64,000 nucleotides of DNA from an uncultured Ramlibacter sp. (GCF_936925435.1 NZ_CAKZHQ010000043.1:8859-72858), one strand, 5' to 3'; shown: positions 20,437 to 31,763, counted from the stretch's first letter. The notes: a model not told the origin generated them from the sequence alone. Made by a program: numbers and translations.

Positions 20437-22976
20437 GCAGGTACCCCGGTGTGCTTGTTGGCGACGGAATGGATCGCGGCCGACACCGGAATCCAGAATG
20501 AGAAACGGCAGCCGGCGACCTCTGATCCATTGTAGATGTTCTCCGCCTGCATCCTGCCCTGGTGCGACTCCACGATGGTGCGGCACAGGTTCAGGCCGAT
20601 GCCCATGCCCTCGACCTTGGTCGAGAAGAAGGCCTCGTACAGGCGGTCCATCACCTCGGGCGCCAGGCCCGCGCCCGAGTCGAGCACCGAGAACTCCACC
20701 ACCGATTGCAGGTCCTCCATCCGCGGCACGACGCGCAGCTCCACGCTGCGCCGCGCGGTCGGCCGGCGCGCATGCTCGATCGATTCGGCAGCGTTCTTCA
20801 GGAGGTTGACCAGCACCTGCTCGATCAGGATGGGGTCGACCAGCAGCATGGGCAAGCGCGCCGCAACGTAGTGCGACAGCCGCACGTTGCGCCGGCGCAG
20901 CTCGATCTCGGCCAGTTCCACCGCCTCGGTCACCATCGGCCCCACCTCGGACAGGGTGCGGTTGGGTTCGCTGCGCTTCACGAAGCTGCGGATGCGCTGG
21001 ATGATCTGGCCGGCGCGCTGGGCCTGGCGGGCCGTCTTCTCCAGCGCCGCCAGCAGGGCTTCTTCGTCGATCTGCTTGCTCTTGATGCGCGAGACCAGGC
21101 CGTTGCAGTAGTTGTTGATGGCCGTCAGCGGCTGGTTCAGCTCGTGGGCCACGCTCGACGCCATCTCGCCCATGGTGATCAGGCGGCTGGCCGACTGGGC
21201 CCGCTCGGCCTGGGCGGCCGACTGCTCCTCGGCATGGCGGCGCGGCGTGATGTCGGTGGCGATCACCATCTGCGCCAGCCGGCCGTCGACCCAGTTGAGG
21301 TAGCGCGAGCGCACCTCCAGCCACTTGCCCAGCTCGGGCACGAAGATCTCGGCGTTCTCCGACACGGCGGCGGTGAGCTGGCCGGTGGGCAGGCCGACAA
21401 AGGAGTCGACCTCGTCGAGCGCTTCATCGGTGGTGCTGCGTGGGTGCTCGGGCACGCCGGCCTGGGCCACCAGTTGCAGATGGCCGACGGTCTGCACGCC
21501 GAACCACAGGCGGTACAGCTTGTTGGCGAACAGCAGTTCCTCGCTGCCCAGTGGCGCCACGGAGACCGAGGCGTCGAGCGCCTCCAGCACGGTGGTGAAG
21601 CGCTCATAGGAGGCCGATAACTGCTCGCGGATGCGGTTGGGCTCGGTGATGTCGGTCATCGAGGTCATCCAGCCGGTCTGGTGGGCCTTGGCGTCGACCA
21701 GGGGTGAGACATAGAGCCGGGCGTCGAACAGGCCGCCGTCCTTGCGCTTGACCCGCACCTGGAAGCCGCCGGGCGTGGTGCGGCCGTGGATCTCGTCGTC
21801 CAGCCGCGCCGCCAGCTGCTCGCGGTCGGCGTCCGGCCAGTAGGGGAAGGGCGGCGTGCGACCGACCAGCTCGGCCTCGGTCCAGCCTGTCATCTGGCAG
21901 AACGCGGCGTTCACATAGGTGATGCGGCCCTGCATGTCCAGTGCCCGCATGCCGGTGAGCATGGAGTTCTCCATGGCGCGGCGGAAATTGGTCTCGGCGA
22001 TCAAGGCCTGCTGGGCCTGCATGCGCCGCCGGGTGTGGCGCCAGTTGGCGATCAGCATCCAGGCGGTCATGGCCGACAGGGCGCCGACCAGCCAGAACAG
22101 GCCGCTGCCTATCATGCCCAGCGAGGTGCGGTAGGCCTGGGCCCGGATGATCAGGCCGTTGCCCACCGGCGAGACCGGCACCTCGTACTCGTTGTTCTGT
22201 GGCGCCGCCCATGGCAGCAGGTTGGTCGCCGGGTTGCGCGGCGGCACGGCCATGCCGGCGAGCAGGCGGCCCTTGCCATCGAGCAGGGCCACGGCGTACT
22301 TGGCCGAGACTTCGGCCGGCACACCGTAGCGCAGCAGGCTGTCGATCGAATACTCGCCCAGGATGACGCCGCCAAAGCGCCCCTGTTCGGCCAGCGGCAC
22401 GTGCAGCTGCAGCAGGCCGCTGCTGTCGGGGCTGGCCGCCGGCTGCGAATAGACAGGCTGCTGCAGATCGCGCGCCAGGCTGTACATGGCTTCGGTCTCG
22501 CCTGGCCTCAGCACCTCGCCGGTCACGCGCAACTGGCCGCTGGCCAGGCTGGGTGCGGCGTAGCTGGCCTTGATGCGGCGGCGCTCGTCGATCCAGGCCA
22601 GCGACTGCAGCTCCGGGTACTGGATCACCATGGACTCGGCGCGGCCGACGAATTCCTCAGGGTCGACTTCCTTGTTGGAGATGTCGCGCGCGATGCGCAT
22701 CAGCTGCTCCTGGCGCTCGAGCAGGCGCAGGCGCACGCGCTGCTGGGCGTATTCGACGTCGCGCTTGACGGCTTCCTGCTCGCGGTCCATCTCCTCGAGC
22801 CGCAGGTACCAGAAGGCCGCGATGATGGCTGACAGAAACAGCAGCACGGCCGCCAACGGCGCCAGCATGGCGAAACGGTCCTGCCGGCCGGGCGTCTGCT
22901 TGCGCCACCAGCGGCGCATCCAGCGCGTCGGCGGCGCCGCTTCGTGCAGTTCGGGGACGACGGAATTGTCTTGCAT
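20433..22976 (-). CDS. Membrane PAS-domain sensor histidine kinase (FixL-like of Burkholderiales)
   Basis: Two TM segments, a PAS domain, H box VAHELNQPL, NLLKNA and GMGIGL. Confidence 0.92.
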   Translation of the reverse strand: MQDNSVVPELHEAAPPTRWMRRWWRKQTPGRQDRFAMLAPLAAVLLFLSAIIAAFWYLRLEEMDREQEAVKRDVEYAQQRVRLRLLERQEQLMRIARDISNKEVDPEEFVGRAESMVIQYPELQSLAWIDERRRIKASYAAPSLASGQLRVTGEVLRPGETEAMYSLARDLQQPVYSQPAASPDSSGLLQLHVPLAEQGRFGGVILGEYSIDSLLRYGVPAEVSAKYAVALLDGKGRLLAGMAVPPRNPATNLLPWAAPQNNEYEVPVSPVGNGLIIRAQAYRTSLGMIGSGLFWLVGALSAMTAWMLIANWRHTRRRMQAQQALIAETNFRRAMENSMLTGMRALDMQGRITYVNAAFCQMTGWTEAELVGRTPPFPYWPDADREQLAARLDDEIHGRTTPGGFQVRVKRKDGGLFDARLYVSPLVDAKAHQTGWMTSMTDITEPNRIREQLSASYERFTTVLEALDASVSVAPLGSEELLFANKLYRLWFGVQTVGHLQLVAQAGVPEHPRSTTDEALDEVDSFVGLPTGQLTAAVSENAEIFVPELGKWLEVRSRYLNWVDGRLAQMVIATDITPRRHAEEQSAAQAERAQSASRLITMGEMASSVAHELNQPLTAINNYCNGLVSRIKSKQIDEEALLAALEKTARQAQRAGQIIQRIRSFVKRSEPNRTLSEVGPMVTEAVELAEIELRRRNVRLSHYVAARLPMLLVDPILIEQVLVNLLKNAAESIEHARRPTARRSVELRVVPRMEDLQSVVEFSVLDSGAGLAPEVMDRLYEAFFSTKVEGMGIGLNLCRTIVESHQGRMQAENIYNGSEVAGCRFSFWIPVSAAIHSVANKHTGVPA

Positions 22977-23021
22977 CAGCAGAGTGTAGGGTGCGCCAAT
23001 GCTGCGCCGCACCCAGGTTTA

Positions 23022-23078
23022 TTCATAATGTGAAACGTGTACGCGCCATTTGAAATGTCACCAATTCTGTTTTACACT
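23022..23078 (+). promoter_or_regulatory. aceE sigma70 promoter with an upstream palindrome
   Basis: TTGAAA(23050)-N17-TACACT(23073); TTCA-N5-TGAA palindrome at 23022-23034. Confidence 0.6.
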
Positions 23079-23139
23079 GCCGGCACGGTACGGTGAGCCG
23101 TACTAAATTACGCCAGACCTATAAAGAAGGAGACAAGCC

Positions 23140-25869
23140 ATGTCTGCACAGCCCGACAACCTGTTCGGCTCGGCCGCTAATGACGCGGACGCCGTCGAAA
23201 CCCGTGAATGGATCGATGCGCTGTCCGCAGTCATCGCCGCCGAAGGCCACGAGCGCGGCCACTTCCTGCTGGAGCAACTGCTGGAGCAGGCGCGCCAGGA
23301 AGGCATCGACATGCCTTTTTCGGCCACCACCGGTTACGTCAACACCATCGAGACCTCCGAAGAAGAGCGTTGCCCCGGCAACCTGGAGATCGAGGAGCGC
23401 CTGCGCGCCTACATGCGCTGGAACGCCATGGCCATGGTGGTCAAGGCCAACCGCCTGCATCCCGCCGACGGCGGTGACCTGGGCGGCCACATCAGCTCGT
23501 TTGCTTCGGTGGCCAACATGTTCGGCGCCGGCTTCAACCACTTCTGGCATGCCGAGAGCAACGAGCCGGGCAAGGAACACGGCGGCGACTGCCTCTACAT
23601 CCAGGGCCACAGCTCGCCCGGCGTCTACGCCCGCGCCTTTCTGGAAGGCCGCATCAGCGAGGAGCAGCTGCTCAACTTCCGCCAGGAAGTCGACGGCAAG
23701 GGCATCTCCAGCTACCCGCATCCCAAGCTGATGCCCGAGTTCTGGCAGTTCCCCACCGTTTCCATGGGCCTGGGCCCGCTGATGGCGATCTACCAGGCGC
23801 GCTTCCTGAAGTACCTGCATGCCCGCGGCATCGCCAACACCGAGAACCGCAAGGTCTGGGTCTTCTGCGGCGACGGCGAGATGGACGAGGTCGAGTCGCT
23901 GGGCGCCATCGGCGTGGCTGCGCGCGAGAAGCTCGACAACCTGGTCTTCGTCGTCAACTGCAACCTGCAGCGGCTCGATGGTCCGGTGCGCGGCAACGGC
24001 AAGATCATCCAGGAGCTCGAAGGCGAGTTCCGCGGCGCCGGCTGGAACGTCATCAAGCTGATCTGGGGCAGCTACTGGGACCCGCTGCTGGCGCGCGACA
24101 AGGAAGGCATCCTGCGCAAGGTCATGATGGACACGGTCGACGGCGACTACCAGGCCATGAAGGCCAATGACGGTGCCTTCGTGCGCAAGAACTTCTTCGG
24201 CCGCCATCCCAAGGCCCTGGAGATGGTTGCCAAGATGAGCGACGAGGACATCTGGCGCCTGCAGCGCGGCGGCCACGACCCGCAGAAGGTCTATGCCGCG
24301 TTCCACAAGGCCGTCAACCACAAGGGCCAGCCGACGGTGCTGCTGGTCAAGACGGTCAAGGGCTTCGGCATGGGCAAGAGCGGCGAGGGCCGCAACACGG
24401 CGCACCAGACCAAGAAGCTGGGCGACGACGACATCCGCGCCTTCCGCGACCGCTTCAACATCCCGATTCCGGACGAGCAGCTGGCCGAGGTGCCCTTCTA
24501 CAAGCCGGCCGACCACACGCCCGAGATGCAGTACCTGCACGAGCGCCGCAAGGCCCTGGGCGGCTACCTGCCGCACCGCCGCGTCAAGGCCGACGAGCAG
24601 ATCGCCGTGCCGCCGCTGGAAGCCTTCAAGGCGGTGCTCGAGCCCACGGTCGAGGGCCGCGAGATCAGCACCACCCAGGCCTACGTGCGTTTCCTGTCGG
24701 CGCTGCTGCGCGACAAGGACCTGGGCCCGCGCGCCGTGCCCATCCTGGTCGATGAGGCCCGCACCTTCGGCATGGAAGGCCTGTTCCGCCAGATCGGCAT
24801 CTACAACCACGAAGGCCAGAACTACACGCCGCAGGACAGAGACCAGGTCTCCTACTACAAGGAAGAGAAGAACGGCCAGATCCTGCAAGAGGGCATCAAC
24901 GAGGCCGGCGGCATGGCCAGCTGGATCGCCGCGGCGACGTCGTACTCGACGAACAACCGCATCATGGTGCCGTTCTACATCTACTACTCGATGTTCGGCC
25001 TGCAGCGCGTGGGCGACCTGTGCTGGGCGGCCGGCGACATGCAGGCCCGCGGCTTCCTGCTGGGCGGCACCTCGGGCCGCACCACGCTCAACGGCGAAGG
25101 CCTGCAGCATGAGGACGGCCACAGCCACATCATGGCCGGCACCATCCCCAACTGCGTGAGCTACGACCCGACCTTCGCCCACGAAGTCGCGGTGATCATG
25201 CAGCATGGCCTCAAGCGCATGGTGGAAAAGCAGGAGAACGTCTTCTACTACATCACCTTGCTCAACGAAAACTACCCCATGCCCGGCCTGCAGCCCGGCA
25301 CCGAGGAGCAGATCGTCAAGGGCATGTACCTGTTCAAGGAAGGCGCCAAGCTCACCCCGCGCGTGCAGCTGCTGGGCTCGGGCACCATCTTGCGCGAGTC
25401 GCTGGCGGCGCAGGAGATGCTGGAGAAGGAATGGGGCGTGGCGGCCAACGTCTGGAGCTGCCCCAGCTTCAACGAGCTGGCCCGCGACGGCCAGGACTGC
25501 GAGCGCTGGAACCTGCTGCATCCCACCGAGAAGGCCCGCGTCTCCTTCGTGGCCCAGCAGCTGGACAAGCACACCGGCCCGGTGGTCGCGTCGACCGACT
25601 ACATGAAGGCCTATGCCGAGCAGATCCGCCCCTACGTGCAGAACTCCACCAAGGGCGGCCGCACTTTCAAGGTGCTGGGCACGGACGGCTTTGGCCGCAG
25701 CGACTTCCGCAGCAAGCTGCGCGAGCACTTCGAAATCAACCGCCACTACATCGTGCTGGCCGCGCTCAAGGCGCTGAGCGAGGAGGGCACGGTGCCGGTC
25801 GCCAAGGTGGCCGAAGCCATTGCCAAATACGGGATCAAGGCCGACAAGATCAACCCGCTGCACGCGTAA
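23140..25869 (+). CDS. aceE: Pyruvate dehydrogenase E1 (homodimeric type)
   Basis: GGHISSF, PTVSMGLGP, GDGEMDE, GEGLQH and GTDGFGRSD motifs. Confidence 0.98.
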   Translation: MSAQPDNLFGSAANDADAVETREWIDALSAVIAAEGHERGHFLLEQLLEQARQEGIDMPFSATTGYVNTIETSEEERCPGNLEIEERLRAYMRWNAMAMVVKANRLHPADGGDLGGHISSFASVANMFGAGFNHFWHAESNEPGKEHGGDCLYIQGHSSPGVYARAFLEGRISEEQLLNFRQEVDGKGISSYPHPKLMPEFWQFPTVSMGLGPLMAIYQARFLKYLHARGIANTENRKVWVFCGDGEMDEVESLGAIGVAAREKLDNLVFVVNCNLQRLDGPVRGNGKIIQELEGEFRGAGWNVIKLIWGSYWDPLLARDKEGILRKVMMDTVDGDYQAMKANDGAFVRKNFFGRHPKALEMVAKMSDEDIWRLQRGGHDPQKVYAAFHKAVNHKGQPTVLLVKTVKGFGMGKSGEGRNTAHQTKKLGDDDIRAFRDRFNIPIPDEQLAEVPFYKPADHTPEMQYLHERRKALGGYLPHRRVKADEQIAVPPLEAFKAVLEPTVEGREISTTQAYVRFLSALLRDKDLGPRAVPILVDEARTFGMEGLFRQIGIYNHEGQNYTPQDRDQVSYYKEEKNGQILQEGINEAGGMASWIAAATSYSTNNRIMVPFYIYYSMFGLQRVGDLCWAAGDMQARGFLLGGTSGRTTLNGEGLQHEDGHSHIMAGTIPNCVSYDPTFAHEVAVIMQHGLKRMVEKQENVFYYITLLNENYPMPGLQPGTEEQIVKGMYLFKEGAKLTPRVQLLGSGTILRESLAAQEMLEKEWGVAANVWSCPSFNELARDGQDCERWNLLHPTEKARVSFVAQQLDKHTGPVVASTDYMKAYAEQIRPYVQNSTKGGRTFKVLGTDGFGRSDFRSKLREHFEINRHYIVLAALKALSEEGTVPVAKVAEAIAKYGIKADKINPLHA

Positions 25870-25895
25870 GAATAAGAACACTGGAGAACAACAAC

Positions 25896-27563
25896 ATGGC
25901 GCTGATCGAAGTGCAGGTTCCCGACATCGGGGACTTCGACGAGGTTGCGGTCATCGAGCTGCTGGTCAAGCCCGGCGACACGGTGAAGGCCGAGCAATCC
26001 CTGGTGACGGTGGAATCCGACAAGGCCTCGATGGAGATCCCATCTGCCGCCGCTGGCGTGGTCAAGGAACTGCGCATCAAGGTCGGCGATAAAGTGAAGC
26101 AAGGATCGGTGCTGCTGGTACTGGAAGCCGCCGGCGCGGCCGCCGCTCCCGCTCCCGCTCCCGCTCCCGCTCCGGCCCCTGTTCCCGAGCAAAAACAGGT
26201 TCCAGCCCCCGCCATTCCTTCGCCGTCTGCTCCTGTTTCAGGAGCAAGCACGGGCCCGGTCGAGGTCCGCGTTCCGGACATCGGCGACTTCAAGGATGTC
26301 GCCGTCATCGAGATCCTGGTCAAGCCGGGCGATGCCATCGGGCTGGAGCAATCGCTGATCACCGTGGAGTCGGACAAGGCGTCCATGGAGATCCCCTCGG
26401 GCGCGGCGGGCGTGCTCAAGGAGATGAAGGTCAAGATCGGCGATGTGGTCAACATCGGTGACCTGGTGGCCATCCTGGAAGGTTCTACAGCCGCAGCGCC
26501 TGCCGTTGCGGTTGCGGCAGCATCGGCGCCCATTGCGGCCGCGGCCTCCGCGCCCGTGGCCCAGCCGTCGGAACGCGCCCTGCCCACGGCAGCCTTGCCG
26601 CCCCACGAGCCCACCGCGCCGACCGGCACGCTGCCCCATGCCTCGCCTTCGGTGCGCAAGTTCGCGCGCGAGCTGGGCGTGCCGCTGGAAGAAGTCAAGG
26701 GCACGGGCCCCAAGAGCCGCGTCACGCAGGACGACGTCCAGGCCTTCACCAAGGCGGTGATGCAGGGCGACACCCGCACCAAGGCCGCGGCGGCCAAGGC
26801 GCCTGCCGGCGGTGGTGGTGGCGGCGGCGAGTTGAACCTGCTGCCCTGGCCCAAGGTCGACTTCGCCAAGTTCGGCCCGGTCGAGCGCAAGGAGATGTCG
26901 CGCATCAAGAAGATCAGCGGCGCCAACCTGCACCGCAACTGGGTGATGATCCCGCACGTCACCAGCTACGACGATGCCGACATCACCGAGCTCGAAGCCT
27001 TCCGCGTGGCCACCAACAAGGACAACGAGAAGTCCGGCATCAAGGTCACCATGCTGGCCTTCGTCATCAAGGCGGTGGTCGCGGCGCTCAAGAAATTCCC
27101 GGACTTCAATGCCAGCCTGGACGGTGACCAGCTGGTCTACAAGCAGTACTTCCACATCGGCTTTGCCGCCGACACGCCCAATGGCCTGGTGGTGCCGGTG
27201 CTGCGCGATGTCGACAAGAAGGGCATCCTGCAGATCAGCCAGGAGATGGGCGAACTGGCCAAGAAGGCCCGCGACGGCAAGCTCAGTGCCGGTGACATGC
27301 AAGGCGGCTGTTTCTCCATCAGCTCGCTGGGTGGCCTGGGCACGACCTACTTCACGCCGCTGATCAACGCGCCCGAGGTCGCCATCCTGGGCCTGTCGCG
27401 CAGCAGCATGAAGCCGGTCTGGGACGGCAGCGCTTTCCAGCCGCGCCTGGTCATGCCGCTGTCGCTGTCCTATGACCACCGCGTCATCGACGGCGCGGCC
27501 GGCGCGCGTTTCAACACCTACCTGGCCCAGGTGCTGGCGGACTTCCGCCGCGTCCTGTTGTAA
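25896..27563 (+). CDS. aceF: Dihydrolipoamide acetyltransferase E2 with two lipoyl domains
   Basis: Two ESDKASME lipoyl motifs, HASPSVR binding domain, DHRVIDG. Confidence 0.97.
   Translation: MALIEVQVPDIGDFDEVAVIELLVKPGDTVKAEQSLVTVESDKASMEIPSAAAGVVKELRIKVGDKVKQGSVLLVLEAAGAAAAPAPAPAPAPAPVPEQKQVPAPAIPSPSAPVSGASTGPVEVRVPDIGDFKDVAVIEILVKPGDAIGLEQSLITVESDKASMEIPSGAAGVLKEMKVKIGDVVNIGDLVAILEGSTAAAPAVAVAAASAPIAAAASAPVAQPSERALPTAALPPHEPTAPTGTLPHASPSVRKFARELGVPLEEVKGTGPKSRVTQDDVQAFTKAVMQGDTRTKAAAAKAPAGGGGGGGELNLLPWPKVDFAKFGPVERKEMSRIKKISGANLHRNWVMIPHVTSYDDADITELEAFRVATNKDNEKSGIKVTMLAFVIKAVVAALKKFPDFNASLDGDQLVYKQYFHIGFAADTPNGLVVPVLRDVDKKGILQISQEMGELAKKARDGKLSAGDMQGGCFSISSLGGLGTTYFTPLINAPEVAILGLSRSSMKPVWDGSAFQPRLVMPLSLSYDHRVIDGAAGARFNTYLAQVLADFRRVLL
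26145..26174 (+). repeat. (GCTCCC)4 + GCTCCG tandem repeat in the E2 linker
   Basis: Read directly; encodes (AP)5. Confidence 0.85.
26191..26246 (+). repeat. 56-bp dispersed repeat, copy C (in-frame in the aceF linker)
   Basis: AAAAACAGGTTCCAGCCC...TGCTCCT-GTTTC-AGGAGCA perfect hairpin; rare codons. Confidence 0.7.
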
Positions 27564-27575
27564 GGGCGCAGCGCG

Positions 27576-28166
27576 ATGACCACAGTCGTTGTTGTGAGGA
27601 AGGCCGGTCAGGTCGCCATCGCCGCCGACACCCTGGTGACCTTCGGCGACACCCGGCTGGCGCACCGCTTCGAGGCCAACACCAAGATCTTCCAGGTCGA
27701 GACCGACGCCGGGCCCAGCTACATTGGCATGGCCGGCACCGTGGCCCATTTCCCGGTGCTGCGCAAGGCCCTGGGCGCGATGCCGCGCGAGCTGCTCAAG
27801 CTGACCAGCAAGGACGATGTCTTCGACACCTTCACCAAGCTGCATCCCTACCTGAAGGACAACTTCTTCCTGCAGACCAAGGAAGAAGACAGCGACCCCT
27901 ACGAGTCCAGCCAGTTCAGCGTGGTGATCGCCAATGCCAGCGGCATCTACGGCCTGTACAGCTACCGCGAGGTCTTCGAGTTCAAGGAATTCTGGGGCAT
28001 CGGTTCCGGCCGCAGCTTTGCCCTGGGCGCCATGCACGCGGCCTACGGCAAGGCCAAGACCGCCAGGGAAGTGGCGCAGGCCGGCATCGCCGCCGGCTGC
28101 GAGTTCGACCGCAACTCCGCAGGTCCCTGCGACGTGTTCACAATCAAAATGAAAGGCGCCAAATGA
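27576..28166 (+). CDS. Proteasome/HslV-like Ntn hydrolase, probably BPH (beta-proteobacterial proteasome homolog)
   Basis: M-TT N-terminus (Thr1), AIAAD, conserved Lys (TKI), GMAG, GIGSG..FALGA. Confidence 0.8.
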   Translation: MTTVVVVRKAGQVAIAADTLVTFGDTRLAHRFEANTKIFQVETDAGPSYIGMAGTVAHFPVLRKALGAMPRELLKLTSKDDVFDTFTKLHPYLKDNFFLQTKEEDSDPYESSQFSVVIANASGIYGLYSYREVFEFKEFWGIGSGRSFALGAMHAAYGKAKTAREVAQAGIAAGCEFDRNSAGPCDVFTIKMKGAK

Positions 28167-29983
28167 GCGTCATTGACATTCAAGTGCCGGACATCGGCGA
28201 TTTCGATGAGGTTGCTGTCATCGAGGTTCTGGTCAAGCCCGGCGACACGGTCAAGGCCGAACAGTCGCTGGTGACGGTGGAGTCCGACAAGGCCTCGATG
28301 GAGATTCCGTCCAGCCATGCCGGCGTGGTCAAGGAACTCAAGATCAAGGTCGGCGACAAGGTCAAGCAAGGTTCCGTGTTGCTGACTCTGGAAGCGGCTG
28401 CTGGCGCCGCTGCACCGGCCGCAGCCCCTGTTTCGGCACCGAATCAGCCTGCAGCCCCCGTGCAGGCTCCCTCATCTGCTCCTGTTTCTGTAGCGCCTAC
28501 GGCCAATTACGGCGGCGGTGTCGACCAGGAATGCGACGTGCTAGTGCTCGGCGGCGGCCCCGGCGGCTACTCGGCCGCCTTCCGCGCCGCCGACCTGGGG
28601 CTCAAGGTCGTCCTGGTCGAGCGCTATGCCACCCTGGGTGGCGTCTGCCTGAACGTGGGCTGCATTCCCTCCAAGGCCCTGCTGCACGTGGCAGCGGTGA
28701 TGGACGAGGTCAGCCACTTCGAGGCCCTGGGCGTGAGCTACGGCAAGCCGGTGGTCGATCTGGCCAAGCTCAAGGCCCACAAGAACAAGGTCCTGTCCAA
28801 GCTCACCGGCGGCCTCACGGCCATGGCCAAGATGCGCAAGGTGACGGTGGTGCGCGGCTACGGCCAGTTCCTGGACCCGCACCATCTCGAGGTCGAAGAG
28901 ACCACGGGCCAGGCCCAGGAGCGCACGGGCAAGAAGCAGACCGTCAAGTTCAAGAGTGCCATCATCGCCGCCGGCTCGCAGGCCGTGCACCTGCCCTTCA
29001 TGCCCAAGGACCCGCGCGTGGTGGACTCCACCGGCGCGCTGGAGCTGGGCAGCAGCCCGAAGCGCATGCTCATCCTGGGCGGCGGCATCATCGGCCTGGA
29101 GATGGGCACGGTCTATTCGACGCTGGGCGCGCGCCTGGACGTGGTCGAGATGCTGGACGGCCTGATGCAGGGCGCCGACCGCGACCTGGTCAAGGTCTGG
29201 CAGAAGATGAACACGCCGCGCTTTGACAACATCATGCTCAAGACCAAGACCGTGGGCGCCGAGGCGACCCAGGATGGCATTCGCGTGACGTTCGAAGGCG
29301 AGCAGGCACCCAAGGAGCCGCAGGTCTATGACCTGGTGCTGCAGGCCGTGGGCCGCACGCCCAACGGCAAGAAGATCGGTGCTGACAAAGCCGGTGTGGC
29401 GGTGAGCGAGCGTGGCTTCATCGCGGTGGACATCCAGATGCGCACCAACGTACCCCACATCTTTGCCATCGGCGACGTCGTCGGCCAGCCCATGCTGGCC
29501 CATAAGGCGGTGCACGAGGGCCATGTGGCGGCGGAAGTCGCGGCCGGCAGCCTCAACGGCGACCAGGCGTTGCAACGCGCCGCCTTCAATGCCCGCGTCA
29601 TCCCCAGCGTGGCCTATACAGATCCCGAGGTGGCCTGGGTGGGTCTGACCGAGGACCAGGCCAAGGCCCAGGGCATCGCCATCAAGAAGGGCCACTTCCC
29701 CTGGTCGGCTTCCGGCCGTGCCATCGCCAATACCCGGGACGAGGGCTTCACCAAGCTGCTGTTCGACGCGCAAACCCATCGCATCCTGGGCGGCGGCATC
29801 GTCGGCACCCATGCGGGCGACATGATCGGCGAGGTGGCCCTGGCCATCGAGATGGGTGCCGACGAGATCGACATCGGCAAGACCATCCATCCGCATCCCA
29901 CGCTGGGCGAGAGCATCGGCATGGCGGCGGAAATCGCCCACGGCACCTGCACCGACGTGCCGCCGCCGCGTAAGCCAAGCTGA
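28163..29983 (+). CDS. lpdA: Dihydrolipoamide dehydrogenase (PDH E3) with N-terminal lipoyl domain
   Basis: [29 protein letters not shown]. Confidence 0.97.
   Translation: MSVIDIQVPDIGDFDEVAVIEVLVKPGDTVKAEQSLVTVESDKASMEIPSSHAGVVKELKIKVGDKVKQGSVLLTLEAAAGAAAPAAAPVSAPNQPAAPVQAPSSAPVSVAPTANYGGGVDQECDVLVLGGGPGGYSAAFRAADLGLKVVLVERYATLGGVCLNVGCIPSKALLHVAAVMDEVSHFEALGVSYGKPVVDLAKLKAHKNKVLSKLTGGLTAMAKMRKVTVVRGYGQFLDPHHLEVEETTGQAQERTGKKQTVKFKSAIIAAGSQAVHLPFMPKDPRVVDSTGALELGSSPKRMLILGGGIIGLEMGTVYSTLGARLDVVEMLDGLMQGADRDLVKVWQKMNTPRFDNIMLKTKTVGAEATQDGIRVTFEGEQAPKEPQVYDLVLQAVGRTPNGKKIGADKAGVAVSERGFIAVDIQMRTNVPHIFAIGDVVGQPMLAHKAVHEGHVAAEVAAGSLNGDQALQRAAFNARVIPSVAYTDPEVAWVGLTEDQAKAQGIAIKKGHFPWSASGRAIANTRDEGFTKLLFDAQTHRILGGGIVGTHAGDMIGEVALAIEMGADEIDIGKTIHPHPTLGESIGMAAEIAHGTCTDVPPPRKPS
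28440..28495 (+). repeat. 56-bp dispersed repeat, copy D (in-frame in the lpdA linker)
   Basis: CGAATCAGCCTGCAGCCC...TGCTCCT-GTTTC-TGTAGCG. Confidence 0.65.
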
Positions 29984-29989
29984 TTTTTT

Positions 29990-30454
<465 letters not shown>

Positions 30455-30476
30455 GGGCGTCCTTTCTCTCGCTCGC

Positions 30477-30950
30477 TCAGCGGCAGCGCAGGGGCAGCAG
30501 GCCGGCGGGCACGTCGGTCTTGTTGACGCCCTGCGCCTTCATCTTGTCCGGCGCCGTGGCCGGGCCGCACAACCACGTGATGGGAACGACAGGCGTGTCC
30601 TCCACCACCGCCGGCCGCAGGCTCAAGGTCTTGCCCAGCAGGGCCCGGTTGGCCTTGTTGCCGAAGCGGATGTGGATGGCGCCGTCCTGCACGGTCACGC
30701 TGCTGACCACCGCGTTGACGATCTTGTCCGCCTGCGGCAGGCCGGCCGCGGCGTTGTCGGCCGGCAGCGGCTGCCCCAGCAGCCAGGCCGCGGCCACGGG
30801 CGGCTTGGCAATGTCGGCCAGGGGCAGGGCCTCGGCCACCTGCTCGCGCACGATGCGGTCAAGGTAGCTGGGCAGGGCGATCAGCGAGAGGATGGCGATC
30901 ACGGCGATCACCACCATGAGCTCGATCAGGGTGAATCCGTTGCGACGCAT
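30477..30950 (-). CDS. Type IVa pilin-like protein
   Basis: G|FTLIELMVVIAVIAIL prepilin motif; C-terminal Cys pair (WLC...RCR). Confidence 0.9.
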   Translation of the reverse strand: MRRNGFTLIELMVVIAVIAILSLIALPSYLDRIVREQVAEALPLADIAKPPVAAAWLLGQPLPADNAAAGLPQADKIVNAVVSSVTVQDGAIHIRFGNKANRALLGKTLSLRPAVVEDTPVVPITWLCGPATAPDKMKAQGVNKTDVPAGLLPLRCR

Positions 30951-30977
30951 CGGACCATCATAGCCAGCGCACTGACC

Positions 30978-31763
30978 TCAGGGCCGCACGGCCGGCGTCT
31001 CCACCGCCATGCCCATGGCGCGCGCCGCCAGGTGCAACTCCAGCGCCACCATGTCCGGGCTGTTGGCGGCAAAGGGCTCGGCTCGCACGCCGGTCAGGCA
31101 GCCGCGCAGGCGGCGTTGCAGCGAGCCCAGGCCCTGCCATTCCAGCCGGTAGACCGGGTAGCCTGTCGCATGGCCTTGCGGGATGGTGCTGCCCGCGAGC
31201 TTGCCGCCGGCCAGCTGGTCGTGGCACTGGGCACAGGACAGGTCGAGCTGGCCCAGGCGCTGTGCGAACAGCTGGGCGCCGCGCTCGCGCAGGGGCGCCA
31301 GCCGCGGGTCGGCATCGGGCGCCATCGGAAGTCCGCGCGACTGCATGGCCACATAGGTTTCCAGGCCCAGCAACTGCGCGTGTTCCGCGCCCCAGGCCGG
31401 CAGCTGCTGGTGGCGCTGGCGGCACAGGTTGATGCGCATGCCCAGGTTGACCGCGCTGGCCGAGGTCGCATCCCACGCGGGATAGCGCGCCGCCACGCCG
31501 GCCATGCTGGTGGCCGCCTCCCCGTGGCAGCTGGCGCAGGAGCGCGACTGCGGGCCCTCGGCCTTGCGCCACAGGGCCTGGCCGTCCTGCACCCAGAGCA
31601 TGGCGGGATTGGCGTTGTCGTCGCGCTGCATGGCCTGGACGTCCGGTCCCATGAAGTCGAAGCTCGAGCGGCGCGCGTCGAGGACGGGCGAGGGGGAGGG
31701 CGGGGCGGCCGCGCAACCCAGCAGCACGGCCAGCAGCGCAGTGGCGAGCGCGCGCCGGCTCAT
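30978..31763 (-). CDS. soxA: SoxA-like diheme c-type cytochrome
   Basis: CASCH and CAQCH heme sites; YPVYR; RLRGC...VRA active-site Cys; LLGC lipobox-like signal. Confidence 0.88.
   Translation of the reverse strand: MSRRALATALLAVLLGCAAAPPSPSPVLDARRSSFDFMGPDVQAMQRDDNANPAMLWVQDGQALWRKAEGPQSRSCASCHGEAATSMAGVAARYPAWDATSASAVNLGMRINLCRQRHQQLPAWGAEHAQLLGLETYVAMQSRGLPMAPDADPRLAPLRERGAQLFAQRLGQLDLSCAQCHDQLAGGKLAGSTIPQGHATGYPVYRLEWQGLGSLQRRLRGCLTGVRAEPFAANSPDMVALELHLAARAMGMAVETPAVRP

Noticed and set aside
26481..26560. Possible seventh copy of the 56-bp repeat in the second aceF linker
   Set aside because: Some rare codons occur, but there is no GCT...AGC terminal hairpin at the right spacing.
27576..28166. 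Calling the Thr1 hydrolase hslV
   Set aside because: There is no hslU, and it lacks the HslV-typical GDGQVT segment (it has AADTLVTFG instead).
25896..28400. Three similar ~230-bp DNA segments and a lipoyl domain fused to E3
   Set aside because: These are lipoyl-domain repeats; a lipoyl-bearing E3 is already known in betaproteobacteria.
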